Part shown: positions 39,185 through 45,674 of the stretch, piece by piece
How positions within the stretch are numbered: the stretch's first letter is position 1
How the letters are laid out: every line of letters starts with the position of its first letter
Position numbers and translations under genes: made by a program
Source: Oscillospiraceae bacterium
GTDB lineage: Bacteria > Bacillota > Clostridia > Oscillospirales > CAG-272
Direction of reading: 5' to 3'
Assembly (NCBI GenBank): GCA_015064065.1
Contig: SVSY01000003.1
Location: 1-45,674, forward strand
DNA: 45,674 nucleotides
The notes under the pieces: model-generated
What the model was told of the DNA's origin: nothing
What the model saw: only the letters and a program-made list of their open reading frames with translations
Database searches by the model: none

Positions 39185-40429
39185 ATGAGTCTTTTCAAAA
39201 AGAAAAAGGACATAGAAGAAATTGAACTTTCCGAGAAGCACGTCGGTTTGCGATGGACTCTTGTTGCCGTATTTTTGGCAGTCGGACTTATTTGCATAGC
39301 CGTATTTTTGTTTTCTCTTCTCGGTGAAGAGGAGGGCTGGCAGACTATCGCGCCGACCGATAAAAGCTTTATGCCCGAAGGCGAGATATCACTTCAATAT
39401 AATCTTGGAACTACGGAAATTTCACCTTCCAAAGAGAAAAAGGAAGTAGAAAAGGTATATACCGAGGCGCTTTCTGCATCTTATAAGCTTTTTGACGTCT
39501 ACCGAGCATACGACGGAATAGTTAACCTACACTATATAAATCAACATCCCAATGAAGAATTGACGGTCGATCGCGAGCTTTATAAAGCGTTTGAGCTTAT
39601 TGAAAGTTTTAATAACCGTTCGATATATCTCGGCACGGTACTGACTGAGTATAGAAAGGTCTTTAGTTCGACGGACGATCTTAGCGCAGAGTTGGGTGAT
39701 CCGAATTTTAATGAAGAAGCTAAGCACTATATTGAAGAGCTGACAAGGTTTACAGGTGACCCGAATTCAATTAATATCGAGCTCTTGGGTGATAATAAGA
39801 TAAAATTGAATGTTTCCGCTGATTATGCCGCGCTTTTTGTTGAGTACGATGAGGTCAATTATATAGATCTTGCGTGGCTTACTAACGCATTCGTCGTTGA
39901 CGGAGTCGCAAATGCGCTCGCGGCGAGAGGATATACGAACGGTTACGTTATTTCCTATGAGGGATACGTCAGATATCTTGACTCGGCAAATAACAGATAT
40001 TCGTTAAATCTTAATAACAGACAGGAAAAAACGGTATATCCCGCGGGAGTTGCGCATTGTGAGAATATCCGCTCGCTCGTACAGTTCAGAAATTACCCGA
40101 TAAACGAGATCAATAGCCAGAACTATTACGCATATTCAAACGGAACTTTTGCAACGCGTCATCTTAATTCTGACGGATATTACGTCAGCGCGCTGAATGA
40201 TATACTCGCTTATTCGAGCTCAAAAAATTGTGCACAGATAGCACTTGAACTCTCTGAAATATTTATTCAGGAGGACCTTGATTTAGACCGTATAATGCAA
40301 AACTCAAATGAGGATATATATACTATATGGTTTGAGGATAGTGTTATTTATTACAACGACAAAAATCTACAAATAAGCGAAATATATGATAATAATGGAA
40401 TAAAATACACTATAAATTGTGTTGAATAA
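39185..40429 (+). CDS. Membrane-anchored ApbE (FAD:protein FMN transferase)-like protein, divergent
   Basis: N-terminal TM. FDVY..NLHYIN..VDRELY, IDLAWLTNAFVVD..L..RG and GYVISYEG follow the ApbE layout. Confidence 0.6.
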   Translation: MSLFKKKKDIEEIELSEKHVGLRWTLVAVFLAVGLICIAVFLFSLLGEEEGWQTIAPTDKSFMPEGEISLQYNLGTTEISPSKEKKEVEKVYTEALSASYKLFDVYRAYDGIVNLHYINQHPNEELTVDRELYKAFELIESFNNRSIYLGTVLTEYRKVFSSTDDLSAELGDPNFNEEAKHYIEELTRFTGDPNSINIELLGDNKIKLNVSADYAALFVEYDEVNYIDLAWLTNAFVVDGVANALAARGYTNGYVISYEGYVRYLDSANNRYSLNLNNRQEKTVYPAGVAHCENIRSLVQFRNYPINEINSQNYYAYSNGTFATRHLNSDGYYVSALNDILAYSSSKNCAQIALELSEIFIQEDLDLDRIMQNSNEDIYTIWFEDSVIYYNDKNLQISEIYDNNGIKYTINCVE

Positions 40430-40432
40430 TAC

Positions 40433-40466
40433 AATAGCCGCTCGCGAATGCGAGCGGCTGTTTTTG
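40433..40466. terminator. Terminator between convergent genes
   Basis: AATAGCCGCTCGC-GAAT-GCGAGCGGCTGTTTTT. Confidence 0.8.
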
Positions 40467-40491
40467 TGACGTTTATTTCTATTTAAAAGGG

Positions 40492-40917
40492 TCATTTTAC
40501 TTTGAGGGAAAGATTATAAATTCCGTATCCGTTTTCGTTCTTCACGATCTCTATCGTAAAGTTTACCTTCTTACCGTCGACGTTTGTGCGCATAGTCAAT
40601 TCATACGTTGAGCCGTCTACGGTGCTGTCATAAAGAGAAGAGGAAAAGTTTGTGTATTTTTCGACCTCAATACCTGCTTGGAAATCTATCTCCTCGTCCT
40701 CTTCTGCATCAAGGAAGAAGGTCTTCAGATCGGCAGGACGCTCAGGATGGAGAAATTCTTCTGCTTTTTCATAGTCCTCGGCAACGACTTGCTCGAAAAA
40801 ATCATTGATAAAAGCTTTTGCTTCGTCTCCTTTTATGCCGTTACCGCATGATGCAAAAGAGAAGAGGCAAAGGCAGGCAAGCGTCGTAAGCAATATTTTT
40901 TTGAAAAGTTTTTTCAT
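40492..40917 (-). CDS. Hypothetical lipoprotein (possibly NTF2-like fold)
   Basis: Lipobox FASC, RBS AAGGAG, own TTGACA-N17-TATAAT promoter (40946..40974). Confidence 0.75.
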   Translation of the reverse strand: MKKLFKKILLTTLACLCLFSFASCGNGIKGDEAKAFINDFFEQVVAEDYEKAEEFLHPERPADLKTFFLDAEEDEEIDFQAGIEVEKYTNFSSSLYDSTVDGSTYELTMRTNVDGKKVNFTIEIVKNENGYGIYNLSLKVK

Positions 40918-41053
40918 AGAGCGGTATCTCCTTTTATTTTTTCTTATTATATAATATTATATTGCTTTTGTCAAGCGTGCGATAATCAAAAGATATGCAA
41001 AGCGCAAAAATGCATCTACAAAATTTCGAAAAACTTCAGAGTCGTAAGCTTTT

Positions 41054-41225
41054 AGTGATATGCTGACTTCGTCAGCGTGATATTTTTGCTTTCGCAAAAG
41101 TGATATTGCTCCACTTCGTTCCGCGGTGATATTATATTCGCCTCCCAAACTCGCGAAGCGAATACCACTCGGCGTAAGCCGAATATCACTGCGCAGCAAT
41201 AGAACTCGCCGCAGGCGAATATAAC
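41054..41225. repeat. Composite palindromic repeat element B (GTGATAT(T) x4 / AATAtcACT-like x4 with mini-hairpin spacers)
   Basis: Directly visible; same architecture as element A. Confidence 0.85.
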
Positions 41226-41256
41226 AGAAAAAAGCACGCTTGCGCGTGCTTTTTTC
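41225..41256 (-). terminator. Terminator of tRNA-Gln
   Basis: Minus strand GAAAAAAGCACGC-GCAA-GCGTGCTTTTTTC directly after the CCA end. Confidence 0.8.
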
Positions 41257-41331
41257 TGGCTGGGATGGCCGGATTTGAACCGACGAGTGCCAGAGTCAAA
41301 GTCTGGTGCCTTACCGCTTGGCGACATCCCA
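41257..41331 (-). tRNA. tRNA-Gln(TTG)
   Basis: TGGGATGTCGCCAAGCGGTAAGGCACCAGACTTTGACTCTGGCACTCGTCGGTTCAAATCCGGCCATCCCAGCCA folds as a cloverleaf with anticodon TTG and encoded CCA. Promoter TTGACA-N17-TATAAT at 41349..41377. Confidence 0.97.
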
Positions 41332-41461
41332 ATATTCAAGACTAAAGTATTATATCACACATATCTGTAAATGTCAAGATTTTTTTGCCGCTATTGAAAA
41401 AAACTTTTATGCAAGTCAATTGCCTCAAATTTGATTTTTTTGCTTCAGGGGCATTTTTTTA

Positions 41462-41490
41462 TTGAAATATTGGAGTTTTAGTGCTATAAT
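41462..41490 (+). promoter_or_regulatory. Sigma-A promoter
   Basis: TTGAAA-N17-TATAAT with TG. Confidence 0.7.
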
Positions 41491-41498
41491 GTAAACAT

Positions 41499-41549
41499 AG
41501 GCGTCTATCTTCCCGATTTTATGCGGTTGGACGTGCCGAAATAGGCAAC
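41499..41549 (+). ncRNA. Candidate small cis-regulatory RNA (possibly DUF1646/Na+ riboswitch-like)
   Basis: Two hairpins fill the whole leader and abut the RBS; see findings. Confidence 0.35.
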
Positions 41550-41561
41550 TAAGGAGGATCT

Positions 41562-43331
41562 ATGAATCGTTTTATAACTAATCTTGCAAAAGTATTATCT
41601 CTCGTTCTGCTTATATGCGTGCTGTTCGCTTTTGCCGCTTGTAATTCGGATAAAAACGAAGAAGCAAGCTCAGCACCTGCAACCGAGCTCAGTAGCGAGA
41701 CCGTTGCAAGCGAATACGTTGACGACGGGCAACTGAGGATATTTTCGGACGGAGAATACCGTTGCAAAATAATCCGCCCTGAGAATGCTACCGAAAGGGA
41801 GATCGAGGTATATACCAAGATCAGAAATATTTTCAAAGAGGTAACGGGCGTGACACCGCCTATCTCTACCGACTTTAAGGCGCATGACGAGGTCTATTCC
41901 GCTGAGGAATTTGCTATACTTATCGGTTCTACGGAGCACGATGAAGCAGCTGAGCTCTATTCAAGGATATCCTACAGCGAGACGCGCGCAGAGCTTATCA
42001 ATAAAAAGTACGTTATCGGTTTCCACGATATCGATACGGCGCTTTCAGCTCTTGAAACCTTTAAGGCGCTGCTACAGAGTAATTTCAAGAACGGCGAGCT
42101 TATCCTCACGGAAAAATGGAATTATTCTCACTCGAATAACGAGATATTGGAGTCTATTCCGCGCTACAACGGCGGAACTTTTATTGACGTGTATCGCGGC
42201 GCGTACGATATGCAGACCGTCGTTATCAAAAATACCGATGCAAACGAGTATAATTCTTATCTTACAGACGTTGCGGCGGCGGGATTTACGCCTTACACCG
42301 ATAATACGATAGGAAAAAATCTCTTTGCTACCTTTAGCACGGAAAAATACTATCTTAACACAATGTTCTTCGACAAGCTCGGAGAGGTACGCATAACAAT
42401 GGAATACGCGGGCAATTATTCGCTTCCCGCGCTAAAAGAGGAAAATATATATACTCCTACCGGCACGGAGTGCACTATAACTCAGATAGGTCTTGAGGAA
42501 AGCGCAAAGATACAGAACGGTATGAGCTACATAATAAAGCTCGCCGATGGCTCGTTTATAGTCGTTGACGGCGGAACGGGAACGAAAGAAGCCATAGCGC
42601 AGTTTATTGACGTTATCAAGTCGCTTGCCGACGATCCCGATAATATCACTATTGCTGCGTGGATAATAACCCACGCGCACGGCGACCACATGGGACTTCT
42701 TATGATGATGCTCTACAACGAGGACTATTACAGCCTGTTTGATATAGAGCAGATAATCTGGAGCAAGGTAGGCGAAGAACAGCTGGCAAATATGGATATG
42801 CAAAATATGGACTATATCGACAAGACTCTTGCCGTTCTCAAGGATACCAAGATCGTAATAGCCCATCCGGGACAGAAATTCTATCTGCGAAACGCGGTCT
42901 ATACTGTATTTGCTACGATAGAAATGGTAGAACCGATCAAGCTGGAAAATCTGAATGATACCTCTGTAGTCGGACGTCTTGAAATTGACGGAAAGTCGAT
43001 ACTTTTCCCAGGTGACAGCCATCCTACAGAGACAGAGGTCGTTACTTCGGTGTATATGCACAATCTCAGATCTGACGTTGTTCAGGTCATTCATCACGGA
43101 TATCAGGGCGGTAATGCAACCTTTTATTCGCTTGTAGATCCGTTGACGGTTCTTTGGCCTCTCGGTATGAAGAATTATTCTACCGCAGAGCCGCCGAATA
43201 CCCCTATGAAGACATGGTCCTACAGCGCATGGCTCTTCTCGGATGAGTCTAAGGTTCAGAATATATACGTTGCAGGAAGCGAAGTGACTACTCTGCCAAT
43301 AAAGGATCTGCCCTCTCACACTGACGGTTGA
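41562..43331 (+). CDS. Lipoprotein with C-terminal metallo-beta-lactamase (ComEC/Rec2-like) hydrolase domain
   Basis: Lipobox FAAC, VVDGG, THAHGDH, NDTS, LFPGD and HHG. Confidence 0.85.
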   Translation: MNRFITNLAKVLSLVLLICVLFAFAACNSDKNEEASSAPATELSSETVASEYVDDGQLRIFSDGEYRCKIIRPENATEREIEVYTKIRNIFKEVTGVTPPISTDFKAHDEVYSAEEFAILIGSTEHDEAAELYSRISYSETRAELINKKYVIGFHDIDTALSALETFKALLQSNFKNGELILTEKWNYSHSNNEILESIPRYNGGTFIDVYRGAYDMQTVVIKNTDANEYNSYLTDVAAAGFTPYTDNTIGKNLFATFSTEKYYLNTMFFDKLGEVRITMEYAGNYSLPALKEENIYTPTGTECTITQIGLEESAKIQNGMSYIIKLADGSFIVVDGGTGTKEAIAQFIDVIKSLADDPDNITIAAWIITHAHGDHMGLLMMMLYNEDYYSLFDIEQIIWSKVGEEQLANMDMQNMDYIDKTLAVLKDTKIVIAHPGQKFYLRNAVYTVFATIEMVEPIKLENLNDTSVVGRLEIDGKSILFPGDSHPTETEVVTSVYMHNLRSDVVQVIHHGYQGGNATFYSLVDPLTVLWPLGMKNYSTAEPPNTPMKTWSYSAWLFSDESKVQNIYVAGSEVTTLPIKDLPSHTDG

Positions 43332-43352
43332 TACCTGCAGAAAGGTAAAATA

Positions 43353-44018
43353 ATGAAGCTTTTATTTAATGCAGTTATAAAATTTATATTGGGACTCATT
43401 TTGGTTGGGACACTGCTTTTCGTTCCTGCGGGAAGCTTTGCATACGTCGGTGCGTGGCTTTTTATCGCTTTGCTGTTTTTGCCGATGCTTATCTTAGGCA
43501 TAATACTCTTTATAAGATCGCCCGAGCTGCTCGCAAAACGCCTTGACGTCAAGGAGAAGCAAAATACTCAAAAGGGTGTAGTAGCCATCGCTGCTTTGCT
43601 GTTTCTCTGCGGATTTGTCGTTGCGGGACTTGATTTTCGCTTTGGATGGTCGCACGTTCCTTCTGTGGTGACAGTCATCGCATCGGCGGTATTGCTCGTC
43701 TCTTATGCTCTTTACGGCGAGGTGATGCGCGAAAATGCCTACCTCTCGAGGACCATAAAGGTGCAGGAGGGGCAAAAGGTAGTCGACACGGGTCTTTACA
43801 AAATAGTGAGACATCCGATGTATGCCGTGACGGTCTGGCTTTTCTTAGCTATACCGATAGTTCTCGGCTCGTGGTGGTCGTTCCTTTGTTTTTTGCCTTA
43901 CGTTGCCGTTATCGTTGTGAGAATAATCAACGAGGAAAAGCTGCTCACACAAGAGCTTGAAGGCTACAAAGACTATAAAAAACGCGTAAAATATAGACTT
44001 ATACCGTTTGTTTGGTGA
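43353..44018 (+). CDS. Isoprenylcysteine carboxylmethyltransferase (ICMT/PEMT) family membrane protein
   Basis: QKVVDTGLYKIVRHPMY, EEKLL..LEGY and RLIPFVW. Confidence 0.9.
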   Translation: MKLLFNAVIKFILGLILVGTLLFVPAGSFAYVGAWLFIALLFLPMLILGIILFIRSPELLAKRLDVKEKQNTQKGVVAIAALLFLCGFVVAGLDFRFGWSHVPSVVTVIASAVLLVSYALYGEVMRENAYLSRTIKVQEGQKVVDTGLYKIVRHPMYAVTVWLFLAIPIVLGSWWSFLCFLPYVAVIVVRIINEEKLLTQELEGYKDYKKRVKYRLIPFVW

Positions 44019-44022
44019 AAAG

Positions 44023-44060
44023 AAAAAGCTTTACTGTCAGTCTGACAGTAAAGCTTTTTT
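44023..44060. terminator. Bidirectional terminator
   Basis: 18-bp perfect inverted repeat AAAAAGCTTTACTGTCAG-T-CTGACAGTAAAGCTTTTT. Confidence 0.85.
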
Positions 44061-44063
44061 ATA

Positions 44064-44909
44064 TTATCTGTTCGTTTTTTCAAGAAAGTCTCCGTAGAGC
44101 TTTTCTTGCATCTTCTTAACGATCTCGGGAGCTCTTCCGCCGACTGCGACACCGTCGACCTCTGCTACGGGTCTGAACTGTGCGCCCGAGGTGACTATAA
44201 CGACCTCTGCGGCGTTCATAAGCTCGTCGAGCGTGTAGGGCTCTTCGATGCAAGTAATACCGAGTTCCTTGCAGGCTCTTACCATATGCGCGCGGGTAAC
44301 TCCGGGTAGAATAAGATTATCTGAGGGGGCTGTCTGTATCGCGCCATCGTCGCGGATTATACAGAGATTTGAGTGCGCGCACTCTGTGACAATGCCGTCT
44401 CTGTGGAATATAGCTTCGTCTGCTTCGGCGTTTTTTGCGGCGATAGATGCCATTACCGTGGGAAGAAGATTGAGCGTTTTCATATTGCAGTGGAAAAATC
44501 TTGTGTCGGGATAGGTTATAAGCTTTGCGGGAGAGTAGGGCGCGAGCATTACTTTGGGGCGGATCGTGACCCATATATTTGCCACGAGCTCACTCTGCGG
44601 TGCGTGCGAGCGCATTTCTGTGCCGCGGCTGACCTGCCAATAAAGCAATTGATCGGGAGAGTCTACCTTTGACGAAAGCTCGTAGAGGAGCGAAGAAAAC
44701 TCACCTTTAGTTATAGGCATATTGTAACCGAGAGCTTTTGCGCCGTCGTAAAGACGGTCCATATGCTCGTCAAGTGCATATATTTTATAATTTCTCACGT
44801 ACGCTACCTCAAAAAGACCGTCGCCGAAAAAGCAGGCGCGATCATTCATCGGTACAGTCATATTCTCTATAAGGTCGTATTTTCCGTTGTAGTAGCCGAG
44901 ATTTTCCAT
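44064..44909 (-). CDS. Class IV aminotransferase, D-amino acid aminotransferase-like
   Basis: DRACFFGDGLFEV, KTLNLL (PLP Lys), TECAHSN and ILPGVTR. Start ATG 44909 behind GAAAGGA. Confidence 0.85.
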   Translation of the reverse strand: MENLGYYNGKYDLIENMTVPMNDRACFFGDGLFEVAYVRNYKIYALDEHMDRLYDGAKALGYNMPITKGEFSSLLYELSSKVDSPDQLLYWQVSRGTEMRSHAPQSELVANIWVTIRPKVMLAPYSPAKLITYPDTRFFHCNMKTLNLLPTVMASIAAKNAEADEAIFHRDGIVTECAHSNLCIIRDDGAIQTAPSDNLILPGVTRAHMVRACKELGITCIEEPYTLDELMNAAEVVIVTSGAQFRPVAEVDGVAVGGRAPEIVKKMQEKLYGDFLEKTNR

Positions 44910-45011
44910 TGAGGGCGTTCCTTTCATATGCTATAAACATATTATAACATATTTAGAGGGGGTATGTCAATATTACAAAAGAGCAAAAAGTATAAAATAT
45001 ATTTTTTGCTC

Positions 45012-45040
45012 TTGCAAAATACGATCAAAAATGGTATAAT
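45012..45040 (+). promoter_or_regulatory. Sigma-A promoter
   Basis: TTGCAA-N17-TATAAT with TG. Confidence 0.7.
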
Positions 45041-45073
45041 TAAATTGTAGAGTTGTAGGAAAGGAGAACTACT

Positions 45074-45674
45074 GTGAAAGTATCGCAAAAAACTATACTT
45101 ACAGAGAAGATAAAAGAAGCGCTTATGTCCGTGCTTCCCGTGTCTGGTATAGTGCTTTTACTGTTGATAACCATAGCACCGATAGACGCACCGATACTTT
45201 TATCGTTTATCATCGGAGCTGTCATGCTCATCTTCGGAATGGCACTCTTCACGCTTGGTGCCGATATTGCGATGATGCCTATGGGCGAATACGTCGGCTC
45301 GAGAATAACCAAGACTAAAAAGCTCTGGATGATAATCCTCGTTTCCTTTTTTGTAGGAGTTATGATAACCGTTTCAGAGCCCGACCTTACCGTGCTTGCA
45401 AATCAGATATCAAGCATACCGAGTCTCGTGCTTATCCTTGCGGTAGCTCTCGGTGTTGGTGCGATGCTTGTCATAGCGATGCTTCGCATAATTTTTAACG
45501 TAAGACTTAAGTATCTTTTGCTCGGCTTTTACGCAATAGTATTTATATTTGCATTTCTCGTTCCCAAAAGCTTTCTTGCTATATCCTTCGACTCGGGCGG
45601 AGTTACCACGGGACCTATGACAGTGCCGTTTATTATGGCGCTCGGCGTCGGTGTCGCATCTATACGTGCCGACG
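45074..45674 (+). CDS. DUF1538-family membrane protein, runs off the window end
   Basis: Not in the ORF track. GTG start behind AAGGAG; translation contains SVLP, ITVSEPDLTVLA and AISFDSGGVTTGPMTVPFIMALGVG. Confidence 0.88.
   Translation, partial: MKVSQKTILTEKIKEALMSVLPVSGIVLLLLITIAPIDAPILLSFIIGAVMLIFGMALFTLGADIAMMPMGEYVGSRITKTKKLWMIILVSFFVGVMITVSEPDLTVLANQISSIPSLVLILAVALGVGAMLVIAMLRIIFNVRLKYLLLGFYAIVFIFAFLVPKSFLAISFDSGGVTTGPMTVPFIMALGVGVASIRAD

Noticed and set aside
40492-41331. tRNA-Gln as integration site of a genomic island
   Set aside because: No integrase and no duplicated tRNA 3' end seen in the window.
45040-45312. 90-aa minus-strand ORF
   Set aside because: Antisense to the DUF1538 gene starting at 45074.

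Overview
A 45.7-kb chromosomal window from a spore-forming Clostridia-class Firmicute, probably Oscillospirales/Ruminococcaceae-like. That placement is an inference from the spoIIA operon, the SCIFF locus, near-consensus sigma-A promoters and AGGAGG ribosome-binding sites. Most of it is housekeeping: rsmI, asd, ftsZ, ttcA/trmN6, ferredoxin, spoIIAA-AB-sigF, pgk-tpiA, rbfA-nrnA, tRNA-Gln and a D-amino acid aminotransferase. It also carries glycoside hydrolases (GH36, GH4 plus AraC, two tandem GH3-CBM6 lipoproteins), a yybP-ykoY-type riboswitch operon (Ca/Na antiporter, oadB, oadG) and the scfA-scfB ranthipeptide locus. No transposase, integrase, phage gene, CRISPR array or rRNA was found. The most unusual items are: (1) an Ami/Opp-type ABC operon in which almost every subunit is remodelled (apparently circularly permuted binding protein, ATPase with a ~230-aa helical insertion, ATPase with a C-terminal membrane anchor, downstream degenerate ApbE-like protein); (2) two intergenic elements built from 9-nt cores alternating with GNA-loop mini-hairpins in two mirror-image halves; (3) a ~235-nt strand-biased multibranch structure at 16.6-16.8 kb; (4) a GH3 paralogue with substituted active-site residues. 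All family assignments come from motif recognition by eye; no searches were run.
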